Below are positions 54,383 to 63,805 of a stretch of DNA of 64,000 nt, piece after piece. Within the stretch, counting starts at the first letter, position 1. Every line of letters starts with the position of its first letter. A program made the translations under genes and the position numbers. The notes below the pieces were generated by a model, which had not been told where the DNA came from, did no database searches, and saw only the letters and a program-made list of their open reading frames with translations. The stretch spans positions 678 through 64,677 of the forward strand of contig CAZDBH010000003.1 of assembly GCA_964503485.1 (NCBI GenBank), in the 5' to 3' direction. This stretch comes from an uncultured Bradymonadales bacterium. Its GTDB lineage: Bacteria > Myxococcota_A > Bradymonadia > JAFGEP01.

Positions 54383-56107
54383 ATGAACGCAATCGAATAC
54401 TCCGTTAGCTTTCCTAATCCACACACTCACCGAATCGCTGTGACGCTGCGCTTTTGTGCGGCCAGCGACCGGCCTGAGGTCGCCATGCCCGCCTGGACTC
54501 CCGGCTCTTACCTACTTCGGGAGTTTGGGCGCCATATCGAGCACCTGTCTGCTCAAACAGGCGGGAAAGAGACCACGACCCACAAGATCGGGAAGGCAAC
54601 TTGGCGAATTGATGCCGTGGCAGGAGATGAGGTTGTCGTCGAGTATGGCATCTACGCCCATGAGTTGACTGTCCGAACCAGCCATGTCGACGGAACCCAC
54701 GCCTTTCTTTCTGGCACTTCGACCTTCCTCTTCGTCAAAGGACAGAAGGACCTGCCCGCCACCGTCCGGATTGCGACTCCTGATGGATGGCAGACCTTCA
54801 CAACCCTGCCGGAGGCCGGGCAGGATACCTTCAGCGCAAGCGACTACGATCATCTCGTGGACTGTCCGATCGAGATCGGACCCGACCACCACCACTTCGC
54901 ATTCAACGCACTCGGCGTCGAGCACCAGGTCGTGTTTTGGGGCCCGACCAATGCGGATTACGAAGAGCTCGCTGAAGACATGGCGGAGATTGTAAGGGCA
55001 AACGCAGCTCTCTTCGGTGGTCTGCCCTACGAGCGTTATCTGTTCATCGTTCACACCTCGAGCAAGGGTCAGGGTGGACTCGAACACCGCGACAGTTGTG
55101 CCCTGCAGTGGCAACGACACCGCTTCGAGGGTTCCGATTATGATGAGTTTCTGCGCCTCGTCTCGCACGAGCACTTCCACGTCTGGAATGTGAAACGCAT
55201 TCGTCCCGACAACCTGGGACCATTTGACTACCTCGCGGAGAGTCCAACGACCGTACTTTGGGCGATGGAGGGCGTAACCAGCTATTACGACAAGCGCCAG
55301 GTTCTTCGCTCGGGCCTGGTGGACGGCGAGCGGTACCTCGATTGGGTGGCAGAATCCATCAACAAGTTGAACCTCATCCCCGGCCGCAAGCTGACCTCAC
55401 TCGAAGAATCGAGCTTTGACGCCTGGATCAAGCTCTACCGACCGACTGAAAACTCGGCCAATGCCACGGTCAGCTACTACCTCTTGGGCAGCTTGGTCAC
55501 CATGGCGCTCGACCTCGAGATCCGGCGCACCACCAATGGGAATTCGAGCTACGACGACGTGATGGCAACCCTGTGGCAACGCTATCAGGACACCCGTTCC
55601 GGTCTAGACGAACTCGAGTTCAAACAGATCATCAAGGACATCGGCGGCGAACACCTCGATTCTTGGGTTCACGAATTGATCGAGACTCCCGCCGATCCGG
55701 ACTGGGATCATCACCTCAGCGTTGTGGGAATGAAACTCGAGGCCGAGAAGAACGGCAAACAACCCTACTTTGGTCTCGTCTTCTCGCGAGGAGCGAGGAT
55801 GCGGGTTACCACGGTGCTGACCGATGGACCGAACGCCGAGTCAGACATTTACCCGGGCGACGAAGTGATCGCGCTAAACGGCTTTGAAGTCGACCCAGGC
55901 AAATGGAAACGAGTTCTGTCGATGCTACCCAACGACGAGACAGTCGAGGCGACGCTCTTTCGGAAGGGGTTGCTTCACACCAGTACCATTCAATGCGGGC
56001 CACCCCGAGTGAAATTCAAGGTTGTGCCGGTCAGCGATCCGAGTCCGGAACAGTTAGAACACCGTGCCAGCTGGCTGTTTCAGACCGACTTGCCAGAGTC
56101 GGAGTAA
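54383..56107 (+). CDS. Peptidase M61 (glycyl aminopeptidase family) with a C-terminal PDZ domain.
   Basis: HEHFHVWNVKRIRP contains the HExxH zinc motif in the M61 context. The C-terminal PDZ-like segment is GDEVIALNGFEV. Confidence 0.75.
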   Translation: MNAIEYSVSFPNPHTHRIAVTLRFCAASDRPEVAMPAWTPGSYLLREFGRHIEHLSAQTGGKETTTHKIGKATWRIDAVAGDEVVVEYGIYAHELTVRTSHVDGTHAFLSGTSTFLFVKGQKDLPATVRIATPDGWQTFTTLPEAGQDTFSASDYDHLVDCPIEIGPDHHHFAFNALGVEHQVVFWGPTNADYEELAEDMAEIVRANAALFGGLPYERYLFIVHTSSKGQGGLEHRDSCALQWQRHRFEGSDYDEFLRLVSHEHFHVWNVKRIRPDNLGPFDYLAESPTTVLWAMEGVTSYYDKRQVLRSGLVDGERYLDWVAESINKLNLIPGRKLTSLEESSFDAWIKLYRPTENSANATVSYYLLGSLVTMALDLEIRRTTNGNSSYDDVMATLWQRYQDTRSGLDELEFKQIIKDIGGEHLDSWVHELIETPADPDWDHHLSVVGMKLEAEKNGKQPYFGLVFSRGARMRVTTVLTDGPNAESDIYPGDEVIALNGFEVDPGKWKRVLSMLPNDETVEATLFRKGLLHTSTIQCGPPRVKFKVVPVSDPSPEQLEHRASWLFQTDLPESE

Positions 56108-56114
56108 GACTGGC

Positions 56115-57680
56115 TCAGTTAGTCGGAAAGATCTGCTCGAATCGAGGCAGAGGTTCCTTGATTCGTTCAAGAAATGCCCGATCCCGGTCTAAATCAAGCT
56201 GGGCCGCCGAGATTATTGCGCTCGCCCGTTGCCAGCTCAGCACCAGCTCGAGGGGTGATGGGGGTGCTGCATAGGCCCGATACAAACTTGCGTAGGGCTG
56301 GTTTGCGGCCACCGACAGTGCTGCGATACGCTGCAGGGGCATGAACATTACGTTGCTGTTCACCTTTGGGGCGAATGGGTCTAGGGCATAAATGAACGCG
56401 TTGCGCGTCTTTGTTGTACCGGAGTGGACCGATTCCCAGGCGATTCGGGCGGGCACATTGTTGACCACGCCGCCGTCTGCCAACCCCCACAGTTTTCGCT
56501 CCTCGAACATCGCGTTGATGGTCGCTCGCGTTCCTTCGTGGACGTCGGATGGCAGGTCGTAGCAAAAAAGGCCGGGTACCGCGCACGAAAAGCCGACCGC
56601 ATCGATTATGGTCGTCTTTGCAGTTGCTTCATCGCGCCCAAACACGACCTCTTCGAGAAAACGTGGGTTGTCGACTAGGGTCGACAGGACCCGCATGAGT
56701 CCCGACACCCGCTTTCGAACCTTCAGCCCGGTGTACGTACGGAAGCTCCCTGGTGAGCCGGGCACTTCTCGCAACGCCGCTTTCATACCCACGCGAATTC
56801 CGGTCGTCACGATCTCGAGCGGAATCTGAAGCTCCTCGAAAGTGATTCGCGGTTGGTTGATGAGCAAATCGAGGGTGAGGCGCGAGATTTCGTTGAGCCT
56901 CAGATAGAACGCGCCAGGAAAGCCATATTTCAGCTTCCCACGATTGGGCCGAAAGAGGTCCCCGCGGTCGAAACGTCTGGGCAGAGCCAACATGGTGCCG
57001 ACCGGGTCCCAATCCTCTTTGATCGCTCTAAATAAGCCGATCAAGCTCCCCATAGAGGCGCCGACGATCAGGCTGGGCGTCCACGAGATGGCGTGCAACA
57101 AGGACAACACGCCGAGGTGGGCGAAGCCGGAGCCTCCGCCACCGCCGAGTGCCAGAACCAGTTCTTTGTTGCACACCTCGTTTTCGATGAGTTCGGGAGG
57201 CATTCGGTCGGCCGACTGCTCCTTCAACCGCTTTCTGGTCCTCACCATGCGCCGTTTGATGTCGGGAAGCAGGTAACTGAGGCCGGCCGGATCGATCGGT
57301 CCTTTGAGGCTGATCCGTTTGAAATTGTCGATCAGCCAACCGCGAAAGTCGCCTAGCGACCCGCTCAAATCGACGTCGTGGCCGCCGGGTGTGCGTATCA
57401 GACTCAGTTTTGCGAGGTTCAGGGCGTAGCGAGTGGTCAGCTCTTGGGACGACGCCATCGGCGTCTTGTTCGAGACAATCTGCTCGACCAACCGCCTCTC
57501 GAAGTCGATGAGAGGCCGTACTGACTCGAAGTGGGCTTTTGCTGAAACGACCAAATGGTTACCCGCTGCCAAACCATATAAAGACGCTTGCGATGACGCA
57601 CTGCGTCGGCTAAGTAACTCTCGAACCGCCTGAAAGTCCAGGGAGCTGTAGACATGGCTGAAGAAAGCAACGAACAACAA
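56115..57680 (-). CDS. Patatin-like phospholipase family protein.
   Basis: LVLALGGGGGSGFAHLGVL is the Gly-rich oxyanion loop. GASMG is the GxSxG nucleophile. The downstream DGG-type Asp is LADGGVVNN. The start may be internal. Confidence 0.75.
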   Translation of the reverse strand: MLFVAFFSHVYSSLDFQAVRELLSRRSASSQASLYGLAAGNHLVVSAKAHFESVRPLIDFERRLVEQIVSNKTPMASSQELTTRYALNLAKLSLIRTPGGHDVDLSGSLGDFRGWLIDNFKRISLKGPIDPAGLSYLLPDIKRRMVRTRKRLKEQSADRMPPELIENEVCNKELVLALGGGGGSGFAHLGVLSLLHAISWTPSLIVGASMGSLIGLFRAIKEDWDPVGTMLALPRRFDRGDLFRPNRGKLKYGFPGAFYLRLNEISRLTLDLLINQPRITFEELQIPLEIVTTGIRVGMKAALREVPGSPGSFRTYTGLKVRKRVSGLMRVLSTLVDNPRFLEEVVFGRDEATAKTTIIDAVGFSCAVPGLFCYDLPSDVHEGTRATINAMFEERKLWGLADGGVVNNVPARIAWESVHSGTTKTRNAFIYALDPFAPKVNSNVMFMPLQRIAALSVAANQPYASLYRAYAAPPSPLELVLSWQRASAIISAAQLDLDRDRAFLERIKEPLPRFEQIFPTN

Positions 57681-59192
57681 GAAGCTGCTGCCAAAGAAGA
57701 AAAGACCGCCGAGAAAAAGGCGGCTGCAAAGCCAAAGACCGCCAAGAAGAAGGCTGCCCCCAAAACGAAGAAGGCGGCGAGCTCAAAGGCTAAAGCCACT
57801 GCAAAGCCAAAAGCCAAGAAGGCTCCGGCCAAGGCGAAAAAAGCGACTACAAAGGCAAAAGCTGCCAAAGCTCCAGCCAAAGCAAAGAAGGCGCCTGCCA
57901 AAGCGAAGAAAGCACCCGCCAAGGCCAAGAAGGCGCCCGCCAAAGCGAAGACCAAGAAGGCACCTGCCAAAGCCAAGGCCAGTAAAGCACCTGCCAAGAC
58001 TGAAGAGGCGGCTGCCAAGGTAGAGACCGCCAAGGCACCTGCCAAAGCTGAGAAGGCGGCGAGTAACGGTGCCCCCAAGAAGGCGAAGGCGCCGAAGAAG
58101 AAGGTTCAGAACGTTCACCTCATCACTGGTTTTCCGGGCTTCATCGGCCGCCGGTTGGTTGGCGAGATACTGCGCACACAGCCCGACTCAACCGTCGTCG
58201 CGCTGGTTCAACCGCAGATGGTTGGGCACGCCAAGAAAGCCGTGGCCAACCTGACTGAAGAGAACGCTGGTAGCCGAGTTGAACTGGTGGTCGGCGACAT
58301 CACCCAGCCGAAATTGGGCATTGAGCCCAGCGTGCACTCGAGCCTTCTCGAGCGCGTGGGGACTGTCTGGCACCTCGCTGCGATCTACGACCTGGCCGTC
58401 GACGAACAAGTTGCCTATCGGGTCAACGTGGTCGGCACCTCCCACATTTTGGATTTCTGCGAGGCACTTCGCAATCTCGTTCGACTGAATTACGTATCCA
58501 CCTGCTACGTGGCTGGCGAGCGCGACGGGTTGGTGCTGGAAAGTGAGCTCGATGTCGGGCAAGGACACAAAAACCACTACGAGTCGACCAAGTTCTGGGC
58601 CGAACTCGAAGTTCAGCGACGTTGGGGGACCTTGCCGACCTCAATCTTCCGCCCAGGTATCGTAGTGGGCGACTCCAAGACGGGGGCCACGGACAAATAC
58701 GATGGCCCGTACTTCCTCATCAATCTGCTTCTACGCATTCCCAAGTGGTTGCCGATGGTCAACGTTGGTGCCGGTGACGCTACAGTCAACTTGGTACCGG
58801 TCGACTACGTGGTCGACGCAATGGTCTCGATCGGAAGCAGGGAGGGCACCACAGGAAAGGTCTATCAGCTCGGCGATCCCAACCCGATGCGCGCCAGAGA
58901 CTTGATCAGCTTGCTGCTTCAGCGATTGGGACGGAAGCAGGCGATCGGGACGATCCCTTCGTCGTTGTTCGAGGGGGCTCTCGGTGTTGCACCGATACGG
59001 CGACTGGTCGGCATCCCGAGAGAATCCGTGGTCTACTTCAATCATCCGGTTCGCTTCGATGTGAGTGCGACCCTCGAGGCTCTCGAAGGGACGGGCATCC
59101 GCTGCCCGCACTTCTCGGACTACGCGACCACAATGATCGATTACATGAAGCGAAACCCCGACAAGGGTTTCCTCGACAACCGCCGGATCTGA
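57654..59192 (+). CDS. Histone-H1-like Lys/Ala/Pro-repeat N-terminal domain fused to an SDR-type thioester/fatty-acyl reductase (NAD_binding_4-like) domain.
   Basis: About 145 aa of KAPAKAKKA repeats. Then VHLITGFPGFIGRRL (a GxxGxxG Rossmann loop) and YESTK in NHYESTKFWAE (the YxxxK catalytic motif). Confidence 0.7.
   Translation: MAEESNEQQEAAAKEEKTAEKKAAAKPKTAKKKAAPKTKKAASSKAKATAKPKAKKAPAKAKKATTKAKAAKAPAKAKKAPAKAKKAPAKAKKAPAKAKTKKAPAKAKASKAPAKTEEAAAKVETAKAPAKAEKAASNGAPKKAKAPKKKVQNVHLITGFPGFIGRRLVGEILRTQPDSTVVALVQPQMVGHAKKAVANLTEENAGSRVELVVGDITQPKLGIEPSVHSSLLERVGTVWHLAAIYDLAVDEQVAYRVNVVGTSHILDFCEALRNLVRLNYVSTCYVAGERDGLVLESELDVGQGHKNHYESTKFWAELEVQRRWGTLPTSIFRPGIVVGDSKTGATDKYDGPYFLINLLLRIPKWLPMVNVGAGDATVNLVPVDYVVDAMVSIGSREGTTGKVYQLGDPNPMRARDLISLLLQRLGRKQAIGTIPSSLFEGALGVAPIRRLVGIPRESVVYFNHPVRFDVSATLEALEGTGIRCPHFSDYATTMIDYMKRNPDKGFLDNRRI
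57790..57995 (+). repeat. Imperfect 27-bp tandem DNA repeats (about 6-7 copies) encoding AKAKKAPAK units.
   Basis: gccaaagcgaagaaagcacccgcc / aaggccaagaaggcgcccgcc ... reiterated. Confidence 0.65.
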
Positions 59193-59411
59193 AGCCGATG
59201 GCTCTCTCCTAAAACGCAGACGGCCTCCGACTTTCTTGCGACAGCCTCGTTGTGGGTGAGTGTAAGTTTTTGGCTTGATTCTTCCGCGTCAATTCGGTAA
59301 ATACGGTGTGTCTGGTCATGGTCCGTGGCGGCCCTTTGCGTCCCCTGGCCGGGCATTGTCGCAATCCACGGAATCCCATGTGTCCTTAACCGGCGCACTT
59401 TGGAGGCCAGG

Positions 59412-60707
59412 ATGCGATTCAACTCCCTATTCATTTGTAACATCACCCTAATCACTGCCCTGTTTTCGATTGGATGCGTCGAAGAACCGGTCGGCGATCT
59501 CGACGAGACCGGCGATTTGGCCACATCGACCCATGCCGTGCTCGAGGGAACGCCGCAGGCCATCGGCCTTCTGGCGTTGCTCAACGATCCGGCGCCCACT
59601 CTCGACATTCTGGATCATGACGTTCGGCTCGACAGTCGTGCCGCAAAGAACCTGATTCACCGCCGCGATGGTTACGACCAGACTCCCGGCACATCCGACG
59701 ACAACTTGTTCGAGAGTGTTGCCGAGGTAGATCGCGTTCGTTGGGTAGGCAACTCGGCGATCGGCCGCTTGCTTCACGCCGCGGAGAACTGGGGCTGGGT
59801 CCCGGAAGGCGACGAGCGTTTGGGACGCTGGGACCGCGTGGCCTTCACCGTCACCGAGGCCGCACTCACACTCGAGTTCGTCAATCAGGCCTCTCATGAC
59901 CTGCTTGATCACGATCTAGGTCTGGATCGGCGCGCCGCCGACTCGATTGTAGCTGCACAGCCCATCACGTCAGTCGCGACGCTGGCTGGCCTCTACTACG
60001 TAGGTCACAGCGCCTTGGACACGCTCAAGGAAGTGGCGAACCACGTGCCAGTGGTCGACTCCGTCCAATTCTCAGACCAGTTCAATCACGACGAAGCGGA
60101 CGAGATTCCCGATGGCGACAACTATGGCCTCACGACTCGAGTGCATGTGGCCAGCGTGCCGGATGTACGAGTCGGCGTTGTCATGGTCGTCGATTTTCTT
60201 CACGATGCTCAAGACGAGCTCCACCTGGAACTTACCAGCCCGACTGGCGACTCGTGGGAGTTCGTGGCCAACGACAAAGGGACCTATCCGATCGGCGCTC
60301 TGTTGAACCCGAACGGTTACTGGAGACTGACGGTTTCGGACCGAACAGACGGCAATGTGGGTGAACTCTACGGGTGGGCCCTGGAAGTCAGCACAGACAC
60401 GACTGAGTCCGTCATGCAGGACCGATTCAAACTCGACCTCGCCTGGTGGCTCGGTCACTGGTATCGCTCCTACGGCGCCGATGCCGTCCAAGCGGGAGGC
60501 CACTCCCTCGAGGAAGCAAGAGAGGCCATCGATGCCGGTACGGTCACAGAATTGGCGGACTACCAGGACGACCCCGAAGGCAACGATCCAGCCACAACGC
60601 TGGTCTTGACTCACAGTGACGTCGTATTCCCGGGTGGCGATACCGTGTGGTTCGTGTCCTACGACCGCGAGACCGGTACGATCGTCGACGTCTACGACTT
60701 CCAGTAG
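59412..60707 (+). CDS. Lipoprotein with two helix-hairpin-helix (ComEA-like) motifs and a C-terminal proprotein-convertase P-domain-like beta-sandwich.
   Basis: GGAGG RBS and lipobox LFSIGC. Two HhH-like motifs: LDHDVRLDSRAAKNLI and LDHDLGLDRRAADSIV...LAGLYYVGHSALDTL. The tail VVMVVDFLHDAQDELHLELTSPTGDSWEF...YWRLTVSDRTDGNVGELYGWALEV resembles P_proprotein. Confidence 0.55.
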   Translation: MRFNSLFICNITLITALFSIGCVEEPVGDLDETGDLATSTHAVLEGTPQAIGLLALLNDPAPTLDILDHDVRLDSRAAKNLIHRRDGYDQTPGTSDDNLFESVAEVDRVRWVGNSAIGRLLHAAENWGWVPEGDERLGRWDRVAFTVTEAALTLEFVNQASHDLLDHDLGLDRRAADSIVAAQPITSVATLAGLYYVGHSALDTLKEVANHVPVVDSVQFSDQFNHDEADEIPDGDNYGLTTRVHVASVPDVRVGVVMVVDFLHDAQDELHLELTSPTGDSWEFVANDKGTYPIGALLNPNGYWRLTVSDRTDGNVGELYGWALEVSTDTTESVMQDRFKLDLAWWLGHWYRSYGADAVQAGGHSLEEAREAIDAGTVTELADYQDDPEGNDPATTLVLTHSDVVFPGGDTVWFVSYDRETGTIVDVYDFQ

Positions 60708-60802
60708 CAATGTGCCCGTTCATCGGGTGGCGCCTCCTGCGGGGCTCGATCTCTGGTTAGGTAAACTTGTCAGCAGATCGGGTCTGGTGCTCTGCGAAGC
60801 AC

Positions 60803-60856
60803 ACTCTCAGCCACCAACTCCAAACTCTCAACTCTCAACTACCAACTTCCAACTGG
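60803..60856 (+). repeat. Heptameric direct-repeat tract (CAACTNN x6-7) in the nifS-like upstream region.
   Basis: ccaactc caaactc tcaactc tcaacta ccaactt ccaactg. Confidence 0.6.
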
Positions 60857-60917
60857 TCCCGTCCCAGGGTAGGTTGTCCCTGATCAAACCCGACAAAACG
60901 ACGCGACGGACTGGATC

Positions 60918-62141
60918 ATGAGCGAACAGAGAATCGTCTACTTCGACAACAACGCGACCAGCCAGGTCGACGAGAGAGCCATCACAGCGATGGTCGGAAT
61001 GCTGCGAGACACCTACGGCAATCCCTCGAGCTTGCACCATTTTGCGGAGCGAGCCAAAGAGGCGCGAGAGCAAGCCCGTCAGTCGGTTGCTACTCTGTTG
61101 GGATGCCGAAGGGCGGAGGTCATCTTCACCAGCGGAGCTACCGAAGCCATTGCGACAGCCTTTCATGGCGCTCTCAACGGTCTCGAGGGTGCTCATTTTG
61201 TGACGACGACTGTCGAACACCCAGCGGTGTTGAGCAACGCCGAGGTGTGGCGTGAGCGTGGCTGCCGCGAGACGCGAGTTGGCGTCAACGAGCACGGAGA
61301 ACTCGATTTAGAGGCCTTCGAGGCGGCACTGGCAGACGGAGCCGACTTTGCGGCCGTTATGGTCGCGAACAACGAGACTGGAGTTCTTTTTCCGGTTGGC
61401 GACATCGCCAGGCTGTGCAAGGAGCACGGCGTGAGCCTGCTCCTTGATGCCTCCCAGGCAGTAGGCAAAATCCCGTTCGACATCAAGAGCCTAAAACCGG
61501 ATTACGTGGCACTCTCAGGCCACAAGTTCAACGCCCCCAAAGGGGTTGGAGCCCTCTATCTGAAGCGCGGCGGGCGTTTCTCCCCTCTCTTCCCCGGGGG
61601 TGGGCAGGAACGCAACCGGCGGAGCGGCACCGAGAATATGCCTGGTATCGTCGCTTTGGGCGTCGCGGCTAGTATCGCGGGTGCACGTCTCGAAGCGGGA
61701 GAGATGGACCGCGTCGCCGAATTGAGAGACTACCTCGAATCCGAGATTCTTCAGCGCTTTCCAGAAGCCAGAGTCAATGGGAAGCGAGATTCCAGGTTGC
61801 CCAATACGTCGAACCTGAGCTTCAAGCATGCATCGGGAGAAGCAATTCTGCAGCACCTCGACGAACTCGGGATCGCCGCGTCCAGTAGCTCGGCGTGCTC
61901 GTCGAACGAACAGGAGCCGTCTCATGTACTGAGGGCCATGCGCGTGCCCGAATCGCACATTCACGGCTCCGTGCGCATTGGGTTAGGAGCGCACAACACC
62001 CGCTCTGAGATCGACTATTTGCTCGAACATCTGCCGCGAGTCATCGCAGCCGCGCGAGCGGCGAGTCCGTTTGTGGGCACCTCCCAAGGCGATGACTATT
62101 TCGAAGGAAACGCCAGAACTGGCGAGCGCTACTGCGAGTAG
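60918..62141 (+). CDS. Cysteine desulfurase, class V aminotransferase (NifS/IscS-like).
   Basis: FTSGATEA, and SGHKFNAPKGVGALY containing the PLP-Lys. SSSSACSS carries the catalytic Cys loop. 407 aa. Confidence 0.85.
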   Translation: MSEQRIVYFDNNATSQVDERAITAMVGMLRDTYGNPSSLHHFAERAKEAREQARQSVATLLGCRRAEVIFTSGATEAIATAFHGALNGLEGAHFVTTTVEHPAVLSNAEVWRERGCRETRVGVNEHGELDLEAFEAALADGADFAAVMVANNETGVLFPVGDIARLCKEHGVSLLLDASQAVGKIPFDIKSLKPDYVALSGHKFNAPKGVGALYLKRGGRFSPLFPGGGQERNRRSGTENMPGIVALGVAASIAGARLEAGEMDRVAELRDYLESEILQRFPEARVNGKRDSRLPNTSNLSFKHASGEAILQHLDELGIAASSSSACSSNEQEPSHVLRAMRVPESHIHGSVRIGLGAHNTRSEIDYLLEHLPRVIAAARAASPFVGTSQGDDYFEGNARTGERYCE

Positions 62142-62145
62142 GCCT

Positions 62146-62844
62146 GTGATTATTCGAGCCGGTACCAGTGGATTCCAGTACAAAGGCTGGAAGGGGTATT
62201 TCTACCCCGAAAAAATCGCCAACGCAGACATGCTCACCTACTACTCGAAGCAGCTGCCGACGGTCGAACTCAACAACACCTTCTACAGGATGCCAAAACG
62301 CGAGGTCGTCGCGAAATGGGCCGAACAGACGACCGACGACTTTCGCTTCGTGCTGAAGGCATCCCGGCGCATCAGCCATGTCAAACGGCTGAAGGACCCA
62401 GACGAACCCCTCGCCTTTCTGTATCGATCCATCGCTGAATTGGGTGACAAGCACGGGGCAACGCTCTTTCAGTTGCCGCCAAACGCCAAGCAGAACCTCG
62501 ACCGCCTGCGCACGTTTTTCGAGGCGCTTCCCGACCAGCATCACGCCGTGATGGAGTTCCGAAACCCCTCCTGGTTCGTCAAAGAGACCTATGATCTCAT
62601 GTCGGAATTCGGGGTGGGACTGTGCATGTCAGACTCGGAGGAGACCCCGCTCACGGATATCGTAGCAACCGCAGCACTGGGCTATTTGCGTCTTCGCAGA
62701 ATGGACTACGACAAAGCGCAGTTGGAACGCTTCGCCGAGCAGATTCGAGCCCAGAGTTGGACGGAAGCCTACGTCTTCTTCAAGCACGAAGACGAGGGGG
62801 CGGGGCCGCGCATGGCGGGACGTTTTCTCGAGATGCTCGCGTGA
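62146..62844 (+). CDS. DUF72 (YecE/UPF0759) family protein.
   Basis: The GTG at 62146, 4 nt after the desulfurase stop, gives VIIRAGTSGFQYKGWKGYFYP...ELNNTFYRMP...FRFVLKASRRISH, the DUF72 signature. Confidence 0.7.
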   Translation: MIIRAGTSGFQYKGWKGYFYPEKIANADMLTYYSKQLPTVELNNTFYRMPKREVVAKWAEQTTDDFRFVLKASRRISHVKRLKDPDEPLAFLYRSIAELGDKHGATLFQLPPNAKQNLDRLRTFFEALPDQHHAVMEFRNPSWFVKETYDLMSEFGVGLCMSDSEETPLTDIVATAALGYLRLRRMDYDKAQLERFAEQIRAQSWTEAYVFFKHEDEGAGPRMAGRFLEMLA

Positions 62845-62940
62845 ATTGAGGAACCCAAACGGCTGGCCTCTGCCGTATTCCAGCACTTTCCAATGTTTTC
62901 AATTGAACTCCACCTAGAAGTGCACTAGTGTCTTAATTCG

Positions 62941-63804
62941 GTGTATTCTGGAAAAACTATGACGACCAACTGGAAACCTGACATATTCAGTTATCTCGAC
63001 TACCGGAAGTACCTCGCGGACTACTACGATGCTGCGAAGGTGCACAACCGTGCCTTCTCTTATCGCTATTTCTCGCGAAAGGCGGGCTACAGCTCGCCCA
63101 ACTTCCTCAAGCTGGTCATTCTGGGTCAGCGAAACATCAGCTCAGATAGCATCGAGCGATTTGCCTCAGCCCTCAAACTGACGGTGACCGAATCCCGCTT
63201 CTTTGGGAATCTGGTGGCCTTCAATCAGGCGAGCAACGAGGAAGAAAAGAACGAGGCCTTCGAGCGGGTGGCGGCTAGTCGGCGTTTCAGGCAGGCCAGA
63301 AAGCTCGATCGAGACTTCTACACCTACCTTTCTCGTTGGTATTATCCCGCGATACGCGAAATGGTAGCGCGGGCCGACTTCGTTGAAGACCCCGAGTGGA
63401 TCGCGAGTCAACTTCTCCCTACAATCCAGCCGGCGCGTGCCAAAGCCTGTTTGGAGCTACTTTTGGATCTGGGACTAGTCGAACGAGACGAAACTGGACG
63501 TCTGACTCGGGGGGAATCCAGTATCACCACTGGGCACGAAGTGCGCTCACTGGCGGTCGGCAACTACCACCGGCAGATGCTCAAACGTGCCGCCGAGTCG
63601 ATTGAGTTGGTTCGGAGTGAGAGTCGGGACATCAGCGCCCTGACGGTCTCTATATCTGCCGACACGGTGCCCGAACTCAAAGAGAGAATACACAACTTCC
63701 GGGAGGTCCTGATCGACCTGTGCGATCGGGACGAGGCGCCCAATTCGGTGTACCAAATCAATATCCAGCTGTTCCCGCTGACCCAAACAGAGAGAGAGTC
63801 GTAA
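62941..63804 (+). CDS. TIGR02147/DUF4423-like helix-turn-helix family protein (hypothetical).
   Basis: YLDYRKYLADYYDAAKVHNRAFSYRYFSRKAGYSSPNFLKLVILGQRNIS matches the N-terminal region conserved in that family. 287 aa. Confidence 0.5.
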   Translation: MYSGKTMTTNWKPDIFSYLDYRKYLADYYDAAKVHNRAFSYRYFSRKAGYSSPNFLKLVILGQRNISSDSIERFASALKLTVTESRFFGNLVAFNQASNEEEKNEAFERVAASRRFRQARKLDRDFYTYLSRWYYPAIREMVARADFVEDPEWIASQLLPTIQPARAKACLELLLDLGLVERDETGRLTRGESSITTGHEVRSLAVGNYHRQMLKRAAESIELVRSESRDISALTVSISADTVPELKERIHNFREVLIDLCDRDEAPNSVYQINIQLFPLTQTERES

Positions 63805-63805
63805 A

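Noticed and set aside
54512-55180. 222-aa minus-strand ORF inside the M61 peptidase gene.
   Set aside because: A shadow ORF. The plus strand encodes the HEHFH peptidase.
56115-57680. CBASS or other defence effector role for the patatin-like phospholipase.
   Set aside because: No CD-NTase/cyclase, SMODS, Cap2/Cap3 or other defence partner adjacent. Neighbours are peptidase and reductase genes.
57437-58118. Antisense ORFs (213 aa and 111 aa) opposite the KAPAKAKKA repeat region.
   Set aside because: These are reverse-complement low-complexity (Leu/Ala/Phe-Gly) translations of the tandem repeat and are not coding.
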